Source: Klebsormidium nitens
Lineage: Eukaryota; Plantae; Klebsormidiophyceae
Assembly: GCA_000708835.1 (NCBI GenBank)
Contig: DF237129.1
Coordinates: 94,907 to 158,906, forward strand
DNA: 64,000 nucleotides
Reading direction: 5' to 3'
Part shown: one piece after another, positions 13,230-24,967 of the stretch
Layout of the letters: every line of letters starts with the position of its first letter
Numbering within the stretch: position 1 is the stretch's first letter
The notes under the pieces: model-generated
Told to the model about the DNA's origin: nothing
Databases searched by the model: none
Seen by the model: only the letters and a program-made list of their open reading frames with translations
Made by a program: the position numbers and the translations under genes

Positions 13230-16200
13230 ATGGCGTCTCAAACGGCCATCCGCTGGCCCCTACCCTCCACAGGCTCTCTCAATGGCTGCAGTCTGCCCGC
13301 AGCAGCCTTGTCTCGCAGCTGGGAAGCACCATTACAAAGTGGAGCTTTCTCTCCGCTGCTCTCAGGCAGACCGCAGCAAAGGAGACACCATGCAGAAGCA
13401 TGCCTTGTCAGCGCCACTTTCGACCCCTGTTTATCGTCCTTTTCAACTGCATGTGACAGAACTTTCATCCCTGTACGTAAAGAATTACAAGGGGCAAACT
13501 GTTTGAGTAATCTTCCTTCCCATTCAACAAACCATTTATGCAGAGGGAGAAAACGGCATATGGTGTTAACATGTAGAGCAGCTTCAGACGTGGCACAGTC
13601 TAGCGACCGCGGCCAAGGAAGTCAAAACAAGGAGGGAAGCCGGAAAAAGAGGATTGCGGTGTTCGTGTCTGGAGGAGGTTCCAATTACAAGGCAATCCAG
13701 GCGGCGATTGATGCAGGGAAGGTCAACGGCGAGGTGGTCGCTGTGATTAGTGACAAACCAGGTATGGATACTGTCTTCCTCAAATGTGGCATAATGTGTC
13801 GCAAACAGACATGCAGCGCCTGGTTGTTACCCTTTTCTTTACATCAAAGATCATATGTTTCAAGAAAATATTGGAATGCGCTAAGCTCTCTAGATCCGCC
13901 AGTTGGTTGACGATACTATAGAACATTTGTCGCAATTCTACCACCTTTTCATCGGCCGACTGAGTTCCCTGGTGCCGCGGCCTGGGTGGCAAAGATGACC
14001 GTGGGCGAGCATTTTTCAAAAGTAATCAGCAGCCAATCAGTTTCAGATAATCTGAAGATTGCAGCAAGAAGGAAACGTTCTTGCCTGTTTACAAGTGCTG
14101 AACTATGAACCAGTTTCACAAATCGAAGATGATGGAGCTATACATTAGATTGCCTCGTCAGTCTCTCCATTGTAGCAGCGCTTACTTTCTTCGGCCTGCG
14201 TCCTGTGCAAGGCTTGTCTAATTATTCCAACTTCCAACACGTGCTCTTCTTTATGACCGATCGTGTATTCTTGACTCATTTGCTTAGTCTATTCGGACTC
14301 GAAGCTTCGGATGCTTTGTGTAAGCATTGATCACATCAGTTTTTCTGCCCCAGGTTGTAAAGCTACAGAATTTGCGTCGGAGAAAGGCGTCCACGTCAGT
14401 GCGTACCCGAAGTCTGCCAAGTTTGCACCCGAAGGGCTGTCGGCTGAGGATCTGGTCCAACTCCTAAGGTGCGGGCGTATCCATGTCTCGTTCATGGGCG
14501 TCAAGAGTCAAAGAACTCATTGTTCATTCTCCTTGAATCACTTGCGTGATTCACGTCTCTATTTGTGCATTGGAAGTACCTTTGATGCATCCACCATCCC
14601 TATCTTCGTTTCGCTTTCGTTGCGCACGCTGCAAACTGTTGTTACCATGCTGCCATCCCGTCCCTCCAACAGCTCAGGAGACCTTTGTCCTTTTAAGCAG
14701 CACATATTGAATAGATTGTTTCCTAAAATGTTTCAATTCTGTAGCAAACAACTGTGCGGCGCCGATTTGTCTGCGTGCAGAGAAAAGAAGGTCGACATCG
14801 TGCTTCTCGCCGGCTTCCTCAAGCTCCTCCCCGCTGAGTTAGTCAAAGCATTTCCCCAAGCGATCCTCAACATCCATCCGGCCCTGCTTCCGGCGTTTGG
14901 CGGGAAGGGCTTTTACGGACTGCGCGTGCATTCTGCCGTGATCAAGTCCGGCGCCTGGTGAGTCGTTGCAGGTGGTTCGTCATGCTTCCCTACGATCGGC
15001 AGACGTCAGCAGTGTGTTTTTAGGGGAGGGTCAATCGCAAAGCGGACTTGGTGTGCATTTTGATCCAAAAGTGTGGCGTTTCGTCGGAACTTGGTCGTGT
15101 GCTGCCGTCTCGGTTTGTGTTTGCTGTTGATGTCCTTGAAACGGCTTACGCCATTGGCGTGACCAGACAACCAAGCAAGACTCTTTATAGGGCGACAGGA
15201 CCAGGTACAGCTGCGAAAGCTGAAGGCTACACTGAAAGTTTCACTGCACCAAGAAGCCCGGTACTCGAGTCGAACGTCGATTGACCTCATTTCTTCCTTA
15301 AGATCGACGGTCATCGCACTGTAGTTTGATCTCCTGATCCGCAGACCGCCTGTCGAAAGCACGAATCGTTGACCTCATTAAAGAACGCCTCACACCGAGT
15401 TGTAGCTGCTCCCCTTGCATCTGGCACACGCCTGGAGACCCCGGTTCGGTTCGACTGCTGGAAAATGATGACGGAGAGTGGAGGAGTCGTGCCCTCAAAG
15501 GGATGATGTGCTTGCATTAAGCTCAAGTTCTGTAGAGCCAAAAGGAACGATGCAGGCAGCTTCGTTGTTACAGCTGATTGACGCAACCAAGGCGACGCAC
15601 ACACGTAAAGGTATTTCAACTCGTCCTGCCGGGCTGGCCGCTGAATCTAGTCCTTTCATCCCCTCTTGATACCAACCTTCCCTTATTTTGAAAGCATTAG
15701 TTCTTCTTAAGCGTTGGTCAATGACCATACGTGGCACCTCATTACAGGTTCTCCGGTCCGACAGTGCACTTCATCGACGAAAACTACGACGCGGGGGTCA
15801 TCGTCGCGCAGCGGATCGTGCGGGTGCTCCCTACCGACACCCCGGAGGAGCTGCAGGCGCGGGTGCTGAAAGAGGTGCGGTTTCGTGCTTTCCGGCGAAA
15901 ACTGATATAAGCTGTTGTGATGGATTACCATAATTTTTGCCAGGAGGTATGTCAGAAGGATATTCCGACTCTCGGGCTTCAGTTGCCTTGCGGTGCTTTT
16001 TCAGCTTTTGTCAAAATGGTGATGTCAACCTTTGTTGGATGAGCGTCAAAAAACGACTTTTCCCTCGGGCTTCAGAAGGTTTCAGAACCGCCGAAACCGC
16101 AAAAGGCGACAAAAGACGTGGCTAACGTGGTCTTTCTGGTCTTACACGGGCCCTCACCCGAGTCAGATTACCGCCTCTATTACTGCTCTGGAACCCTCGT

Positions 16201-16747
16201 TTTCGGCTCGTTTTGCCGACTTACAGCTTTGCTTTTCTTTTGAAAATGCTCAACGATCGCTTGAGCTGTAAAAGCGGCGCTTATACTGTCGAGGCAGGAA
16301 CGTATCTCCTCACATTTACGTCACTGTAAAGCGCCGCTGATGAAACAATCTTTGCAATTCCTTTTTGTGATCATTATGCATCCGTTTTGTGATCATTCTG
16401 CATCTTTCCCAGGCATATCTGTCCGTGTACAGAGCAAACAACGGGCCTCTGCACCCTAGCCGAAGTGCGGCTGTGTCCGAGTCCTAGATATTATAAGTCT
16501 CTGTGTTTTAGAAACCATAGGCGGTACTTGTCTTTCTCCTTAATGTGCCTGAGATTGGTGCGCTGGACTCATTCCGTGTTATGCTCTGCAGGAGCATTAC
16601 TTATACCCGATCGTAGTGTCAGCCCTCTGCGACGGCCGCATCCGGTGGCGAGACGACGGAGTCCCGATTCTTGAGGATTACATGCACTCGAGCCCGACCG
16701 AACTTCCAGAGACCTCTTCCTGTCGCAACGTGCAGGCCATTATCTGA
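13230..16747 (+). CDS. PUR3: Phosphoribosylglycinamide formyltransferase, plastid-type
   Basis: Exons encode RIAVFVSGGGSNYKAI, DIVLLAGFLKLLP, LNIHPALLPAFGGKGFYG, SGPTVHFIDENYDAG and a final exon 16592-16747 (EHYLYPIVVSALCDGRIRWRDDGVP...stop). A long transit peptide ends near MVLTCRAAS. Confidence 0.96.
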
Positions 16748-16889
16748 AGAGGGACTTCCAGCACTGAGAACTCTCTTCAACTGAGTCCGTCTCATTATTA
16801 AGATTGTAATCCAATCTGGACACCATGTGACGAAAGATTTGGCCCGCGAACGGTATGTCAAAACTGCTGATACTGTGTCCTAAAGTGAA

Positions 16890-17620
16890 CCAAAGTACTC
16901 ATGCAACGGGCCAGTGCCATGGTTGCATGATATGCATATGGCCGGCCGACGCTGATCCATGGCACATGCTTAACTCACTATATCAGCTTCGTGTTCTACG
17001 GCATCTGTGATTGCAGATGCATTTCCCGCCCCCATATATAGCTAGCTAGTTTTGAAATTGCATAAGAGCACCGGCGGAACAATTGATTAAATATTGTTGG
17101 TGCGAGCTAGCTGGCCTAAGTCCAGAACTCTCTCGAACCTGTCGTACTGCAATCCCTGTAAGGCTCCCATCATGGATTGCGAGTACAGACACGTTCGAAT
17201 GTGGACATACAATTTTGCATGGTTGAACCATTGCAAGCCAGCTAGCCAAGGCTCGCGCGAGCACGATGATGGTATACCGATCGGCCAATCATCAGAACGT
17301 ACATATGTTTCCGAACTTAAGTATAATTAGCGCGCATAAAATATTTTGCATGCACTTCTCACCTGGCAGCCTCTTTGGCCAGCGCGCATATGTGGCATGG
17401 CCGGGCCGGCCGCGGGCGAGCTGGCATCATTCAATGGGCTGAGCTTATATTCGTTTTGTGCGATCACAATCCGAGCTAGTCGTCGGCTAGCCGGCCGGGA
17501 CAGGCTCGTCTCGATGCTTGAATTAGCATCGGACAAAATGAGCGACTGATACTTAAGAATTCTAAGCGTATAACGACGTGCTAAGCGGGCCCGCTACTAT
17601 ACTAAACTAATCGAATGTCG
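16890..17620. mobile_element. Probable decayed non-autonomous DNA transposon relic (hAT-like subterminal motifs)
   Basis: The region is non-coding and rich in GGCCGGCC and CGGGCC(A)GTGCC motifs, with many CATG/TGCA/CTAG words suggesting CpG decay. It shares TGCAACGGGCC(A)GTGCCA (about 16902) with a site near 32089. No TIR pair or TSD was identified. Confidence 0.35.
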
Positions 17621-18190
17621 GACTGTATTACTTCCAAACGCTGCCAGCGGATTATAGGATTCCGGCGCTAATCTGGCAGTGACCTTATGTAAGCGGTGGT
17701 GCTGCGACTCCTATCCAACTCCTACGACGGAACAACTCGCGTAACTATCTTTACACTCTTCTGCCAAATACGGTGATCTTAGGATGCCGCAGGGAAATCT
17801 ACCTTTAAGCCTGAAATGCAAGGTAACTATCCTTTGGGGCTGCCGCCCCGTAGCCCCAACCGTCTGCGTCTGTATTGGATCGGCTTGACCCAAGTCATCT
17901 TTCAGGTTAAAGAGGTTGAGCGCTAGGTGACTAAGACGGCCTCGAAGAAATCTGGCACGACTCCAACTGATGTGTCGTTGCTGATCGAGCTTCTAACCCT
18001 ATTCTGATTACGGGGCTACAATTGCGCTATTCCTGACGTAAGCTGGACTTTCGGACGCTTTGGATTCTATCGAGGGTGCTAAATGGCCTACGAGAGCTTA
18101 CTGCCAACCCGAAGACTTTGTTGCGTGTGCTCTGCTTTCCTGACCCGCTGTGCACTCTTTTGACGGGGCATCTTTCCATCTACGCCCTGC

Positions 18191-21100
18191 TCAGTCTAGT
18201 TCGGGAGCAAAGAGGGGCGGGTCATTCAACGCCTTCTCGTTCTCTTCGAAATACTCGTTGATCAACGAGAATATTGGAAGGTCGGTTTCGTCATCCCCAA
18301 ACGGATCTGTATGAAGAATCGAACGCTTGCGTCAGACTTTCAAAAGATTGGACGGTTCGCCCGGCGAGAACCCCGCATCGGCTGTCTCTTTTAGCAACCG
18401 ACACGGTCCGCTTTCACGATTCGCAGAGCCAGAGGGTCAACCTAAGCCTCAAGGATGCAGTTGGCAGGCACGGTAACGAGGCAGCCGACGTTGACCTTCA
18501 CGTTTCTTTTCACATAACCTTTACCAGTGTGAAAGCGATCGCTTAAACTTTGACAAATCTCTGCACACCGTTGGCATCATTTTGGCTGAAGAATGCGAGG
18601 AGAGTTTTGAGCGTCGCAGTGAGAGTAGACAGCAGGATAGGGAGCGCCCCGTGTTTATTTCGCTGACTGCAATGTGTACAACGTCCAGAACGACAGCCCC
18701 TAGGTCTCACCTGCGAGGGCGACTCCCAGTTCGCACACAAGAAGAGGCGCAAGAAGTCTGGACAACTCTCAAACCCTTCAACCCTCAAGCTCTCAGGAAA
18801 CTACGTCTTTCCGCAAGGGCGTCTCCCTTCCGGCGCAAGCCAGAAGCACATGGATCTCGATTTTAGAATGCGCAATGTTCTAAGATATTCTTGGTCTCAC
18901 CCGCGAGCGCGACTCCCAGCTCGCGCAGTCCCAGCAGCGCGATCGTGAAGACCGCGTAGCCCAAGAGCGACCAGTACGCCGAGAAGAACGCGAAGGCGTA
19001 CGCGTTGACAGCGAGGTAGACCAGCAACAAGAAGTTGATCAGGTGGAAATACGCAAACGGGATGGGCCTGCGCACGATAGGGTATGGGCGTGTGTGAGCA
19101 AGTTATGGTGCGCTTGAGAAGATGACCAGGTGGAATTATGCAAACGGGATGGGCCTGCGCACCATAGGATATGGTCTTTGCTTAGCCAGTTATGGTACGC
19201 TCGAGGATGTGGGCTGACTTTGCACGTCTGGACGAAGATGGAGCCGAGGAACGGGGTCGGTTGCGAAGGCTCGTGACCGCAGAGTAAGCGACGGAACAGC
19301 GTTGGAGCGTTTCATGCTCCTTTCTCGCCGCGGAATGGGGCCTGCTCATCTCCTGAGGCGCTCCCGCATATGACGCGCTCACGGATGGGAGGGAAAGCAA
19401 TGCTCGAGACTGCGGAGTCCATCGAAGTACACTGAATTTTCATCTCGGGAGCAGCTTCATTTTCGGGTGTCCGCTGCGCTGAAGGGAGTCGCGCACGCTG
19501 CCAGGGATCTAAACCCTGATTAAAATCAAGGCCCTTAAACCAGTCCATGTGGGTGTTGCTGGAAGCATTGAGCGACTCACTGTGAGGTGTAGTTGTAGAT
19601 GTCTTGAATGCTCTTGCGGACGTCCAGCACGTTCCGTTCATAAGCCTGCAGCGGAGAGCGGAACGTGAGCTCATCAAGGTGTTCATAACAGTGACCAAGC
19701 GACATGTCAGAGGCAAATTTCAAAGACCGTCATCGAAATTGAAACGAACTTTTCAGCTCTCCGGTAAACTGCAAGTTCGGCGTTAAGCAAGCCTTGATCA
19801 GCGAACGGTCAACTCCTTAAGCATCTGGTCTTCCCAGTCTCTGCACGCGAAGTCCTGAACGGAAGATTCTCCAAAGCAGCTTCTCAAACCTCGTATCGCG
19901 ATTCGTACCTGGTAGATTCTGGACTCGATGTCCTTGTTTTCGGTGTGCACCCACAGCCGTTGCAAGCACCAGAGGAGGCACTCTTTGTAGGCGTTCCGGC
20001 CGGGGAGCGCGCGCAAGACGTCGACCTCTTTGCTGGACAGCACTTGCAGCGACTGGAGGTGGGCATACGCCCAGTCGACCATGCCGTCGCTTTTGTACTG
20101 GGGCAGATGAGCCAGGCCCAAATAGTGCGCAGCGGACAGGTACCGGAAAATGTCCCTGGGGGGCGCAAATTGCGGGTTCGTGAGTGGTGGGTGCGTGTAG
20201 ATTTGAGTTGCGTATGGTGGGTTTGTGAATGGTGGACTTGTGATTCGTGGGTTTATGGAACAGTCATTTGCGATTGGTAATTTTGTGAATGATAGTTGAA
20301 TGGTGGTGTTTTAGTAATGTTGGGTTTGTGAGTGTTTGTGCATAGTACCCTCGGGGGCTAGCGCAATGTTCTTTGCTCTTTGCGCAACGTTCTTACTGGA
20401 CATCACACATGTTTAGCATGTTCAAGAGCGGATAAGCCAAAGTACTCCGTTTCCTGACGAGTCCTGAATAACTGAAAGTTAAAAATCAGGCTCCGATATT
20501 TGGGCTGACAGGAAACGGGCCCTCGTGAAGTTCTGCGACTAACCAGGGAGCCGAAACGGGTCTACTTACACAGCAGGCCTAGAGGCTCCTCGTAGCTGGG
20601 CGGGAGTTAATGGTACACAGTGGCTGGCTGTAAAAGGTTGGCTCCGGAAAGAATTACCCAGACGGAAAAGGAGCAGAGGGAAATCAAAACAGAATCCACG
20701 GACGCACAAACCGGGGGAAGAGACGAGAAAGAGTGAGGAGAGAAAGAGGAAGAGGAGCAAGACGAGATACGGAGACAACCTGGAAGCAGATCGTCGTCTT
20801 TAATCATACAGCTGTTTAAGCTTTTAAACTGCCATCAGATTTACGCTCGGAGCATGGGTCCCTGATTCAGGACCGTCGGATCGACGTCGTCAAGGCATCT
20901 GACGGTTACGAACCACGATGCGATCTTGAAAGTGAGACGCGAAGTTTGACGCAAACGGCTGTGGCAAAAATAGGCGGCCGGCGCGGGGGCTCACAAGCGA
21001 GTGGTGGCCGCGTGCTTGATGAGGCCGTCCCGGAAGTTGGTCCGCAGCATGAGAACTAGGTTGGAGATGGCGTGCTCCGTGTTGCGCGCGAGGCGGTACT

Positions 21101-22389
21101 GGTCGAAGAAGCGCTTGTACGACTCGTTGTTGAAGAAGACCAGGAAGAAGGAGAGCAGCGCGCCGGACGTCCCAATCATCGTGATGTTTACCTACACGGA
21201 TTCGTGTTGCTTGTTTCAGCGGTCCCCCCGACAATTGCGAGCATTCTTGGTGTTTGGCTTTGCGTGGATTGCGTGTTGTCTGCAGTGACTTCTTCTAACA
21301 ACACCAAAGAAAACGATTAAAACAAGGGCATTCTCTTAGGGGGACCGAAAGGACGACAGACACTGCACGAACGACGCGAGGGTCACCTCGCCGTTTCATC
21401 CGCGCGCAGTCCTCGTTCCCCTCTTCCCGTCATGAAACGTCTCCTTTTACGGTGCACGTCCAGCAAAAGAACTCGGAATGTACGTCAGTTAGCGAAAGAT
21501 ATTTACCTGCGTGGCCTCTGGTCTTGCACTTTCAAAGTTCCTCTACTTTCGCCCCTGACTTAGTTCTCGCCGTTCGACTATGACTTTTTCGCTTCTAGCA
21601 GAAGAGTCCGAATAAGAAAAACAACGCATGTACGTGCCAATAATCTTGGCATTCAGCTGGCAAGATGTTCCGTTGTTGTAGTTACAATTCGCTCTTTTCT
21701 GCATGGTTGAATGCCTAATGCTGAAGCCATGAGGTTGCCGCACCCCACTACAAACCTGATACAAACTCTAGCCTACGTTTCATCAGCATTAAAAGTCTTT
21801 TGTAAGAAAGTTGATGTTTCCTGCCGGCTGCGTGCTTCGCAAGTAATTTGGCGAGCTGGTGCGCAAGTCTCAGATTGTTCTAGCTACTAGAAACCAAGGG
21901 CCTTCGAGGACAATCTATGCACCTATTATTCGAATGCCTCAACCGAGTGGGTAAAGCCCTGCAGTGGGCTTCAAGAGGTCCAGGGCTTGCGCGCTAAGTG
22001 AGCCGCTACCAAATCATCTTGGACGATGACCCACTGCAAGCGGTGCACCACTCCCCTCTAGAGCTTGTGCAAGTTCACCGTAGAAGAGGAGAGCAGCAAA
22101 GTCCGGAAGGGCAGATACTCACGCCAGGCCAGCCATATTCGCGCGGTTCCTCGCGGGTATCGTTGGTGGTGTGGCCGGAAGTGCTCGTGTAGAAGACCAA
22201 ATTCACAGCCAGGTTCAGCAGGATGAGGATCCAAAAGTCGACCCGCGTGAGCACCATCTTGAGGGCAGTGCCCTGGAATGCGAACAAGGTCTTCAGGGGA
22301 GCATCTGCCAGGAGGGGAGTTTCAGCGACTAAGTCTTCTTCTCTTGATTTTGATTTCTGGATGTAGGGTTTGAGCACACCCAGCTGGAG
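18191..22389 (-). CDS. Bestrophin-family anion channel; N-terminus unresolved, possibly extending to the ATG at 23678
   Basis: Spliced exons give TLFAFQGTALKMVLTRVDFW, LSFFLVFFNNESYKRFF, SQ|PIPFAYFHLINFLLLVYL and LGLRELGVALA|DPFGDDETDLP...stop at 18191. These are hallmark bestrophin motifs, and all joins are phase-consistent. Confidence 0.88.
19035..19210 (-). repeat. Tandem duplication (about 87 nt) of a splice acceptor and exon start
   Basis: The true acceptor is gcgcag|gcccatcccgtttgcg at 19067. A copy, gcgcag|gcccatcccgtttgcataa, at 19154 has an in-frame TAA. Confidence 0.85.
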
Positions 22390-24679
22390 GGATCGACTTT
22401 GCCGAAGATAGGATGTCTTGCGATTCAGGCTTTTCAGGATGTGAATTTAGAGGTTTTTCATTAAGGTCTGTGTACAATATGGCCATAACGGTTCGCATGT
22501 TCCACAGAACATCTGTGGAGCACCTTGATATGACAAAGAGGGGTTACGAGAGAGGTACGGGGGGTCAGGCGGAGAAAAGGTGGAGAAGAATAAAATCTGG
22601 AATCCATATATAACAGGCCGAGCCAGGAGTACAACAGGGAGGCAGACGGACTTTTGCAGAATTAGGCTTCTTCTCCCAGCACAGCAAAAGGAAGAAAGCA
22701 AGTGTTGCAGACTTGCTGGTGAGTCCTACATTATGCAGCTCAATATCGCTCGGCTCGACCTACATCTATAAGACCATTTTTCAACAGGGCAGGTGACATT
22801 TGCATCCGCAGCAAAGCTCGTCAGGCTTTCCAACTCGAACATTATAATGGGCACAGGGCGAAACAAAGAAAACCTCAGCTTTGCAAAAGACGCATATTTC
22901 CATCACACCCAACCCACACTTTTCACCTCACAATACTGCACCATGTTTACCAACTTCGCTTTACAAAACAACTCCCACGCTGCACATTCTAATAATGGTC
23001 TCAAGAACAGCACATTGGCCCAGGATCAACTGTGGCAGAAGAAAATAACAGCATAGTCTCTTCAGCCCGCTTCTGACCACGAACGGGTCAGAACATCGGG
23101 GAGCTTGACGATGCTGCAGCTGATGCAACCAGAAGTACCACCAGATTGCACATGTCGCTCGTCACAAAGCATCATGCACTCGAAAGGCTCACAGGGTTCC
23201 CCAAAAATAAAACTGCCTAGCAACAAAACGTTTGCACGATAACCGACAGATTAACACCACAGCCAGGGTTAGAGTGACCCACTTGGGTTGTAGATGATTG
23301 TCTTGAGCACCAGCCGGTGTCCTTTCAGCAGCGCCGCACTCTCGCTCCTCAGAGTCATGCTCGTCTTGCTCACCCCCCCCCCGCCAGATCCCGCCACGGG
23401 CCTCTCAGCAGGCCTGACAAACCCGCATGCGTGGCAGTCCCAGGGCCCTCTTCAGGGTGCACCTTCCCCTCGGATCCTCCGCCCGCGTCCAAGTGCTGGT
23501 CCAAACCTGCGGAAGCCTCCTTTGGAACCTCAAAGACTGCTTCGTCATCTCCCACTTGCTGCAGAAGGGCGGTGTTGGATGTTGTTCGAGGGGTCCGGAC
23601 GCTCTGAGGATCGTCAGATGGTTCGCTTCTGATTCTGAGCTCAGATGATGCTCTGTCGCTTACTTGGCTGGAAGCCATAATAAGCGCAAACTGCTTTGAC
23701 TGCTTCCGCCCCGCAGCTGCACAACGAACGAGGATTCCGCCAACTTGAAGGCACTTGCCTTATCAGGACGTCTTGTGCGCTAGCGGAGGTCGGTGAAGAC
23801 TTTGACACGTTGAGAGGGGGAAAGTGTTTGTGGCCAGTAGAAGGGTTAGAAAGAGCGCCGGAAGAACTTTCCACACTCAGGGCTATGAGCTCGTCCGCAC
23901 ACTAGCGTCACAGCTAGAGAAGGTTTCAAGTGGTCTCCACGATGACTGCGGACATCCTTCCAAGTTCTTGAATGTGGGCCTTCCGAAAGGATTGAATCTG
24001 AAGGCCAGATTGGATTAGGTCCTAGGCTCCTAGCCAGACTGGCGGCTGGAGTCTCTATTACCGTACGGTACCCAGGCTGCACAGTGCACACATGTGAAGT
24101 ACGGCGCGACAACTGAATGGCCCAGCGGCCTCATCGTACCCAAGCCTCTAGGTGCCTGCTTGCAGGCTGCAGACTGCATGGTACCAGGTAAGGTCTGTAC
24201 AAGCTGAACCCCCGTACTCATTATAAATGGTCAAATCAGGGAATTTGCAAACCGTATAAGCTGCAGATTGGCAGGTATTAAGTAAAGCTGGAGACTCGAG
24301 AACTGTTTGCTAGCAAGTCTGGGACCTGTGGGGTTAGGCTGGATCGGTTTAGGACGTTGAGTACCTAACGAGTTCAGGAGCGGAGAAGTTCCTTCTTGTG
24401 GTTTACCTACCTATCTTCGAAGTGTGGTTCACGTGTTTCCTAGCTGAGAGCTCCTGAGCTTCAAATATTGGTTTGAAGTCCGAAGGTCAATGTGGTCATA
24501 TACCAACTATTAGTATATTTCTTGTTACCAGCCGTACGGGTATTTCTATTTGGAATGGGTACCCCTCGTGAATTAATTCTTGTGTAATGGTCGAGTGGTT
24601 CTGTCCGTCTAATCATGGCATGAAACCTAACCTGAGGCCACCGGTGACCGGACCATTTCCGCGACAATGCTTGACTTCA

Positions 24680-24715
24680 TGACGTCACAGAATATGACAA
24701 ACTGGTTCTGATTGG
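24680..24715. promoter_or_regulatory. Candidate bZIP site (TGACGTCA) and CCAAT box in a divergent promoter region
   Basis: TGACGTCA is at 24680-24687 and ATTGG at 24711-24715, about 260-290 nt upstream of the dehydrogenase ATG. This is a motif match only. Confidence 0.3.
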
Positions 24716-24967
24716 TCCGTAGCCAAACCTTGACAGTTCGATCATGATCGTTTTTGCGGCGCCGCTGTCGCGGCGGCCCACCCAGTGACAGCCGCAGAGT
24801 CGCGAGCGCAACGCGCGCGGCGTCACAATTGTGGCTTGCCAGTCGTCATTTGTGGCGGAGGAAAAGCACACTAGTACCTACGATCTTATTTCAGTATTTG
24901 CATGAGATCGATCCACCATGGCCGGAGGCCTGATGGTGCTTCAAATGCAGTCAGCGATGGTGCAAAG

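Noticed and set aside
16273-16338. 10-bp inverted repeat (agcggcgctt/aagcgccgct) in a PUR3 intron
   Set aside because: It is too short, has no TSD and has no second copy in the window.
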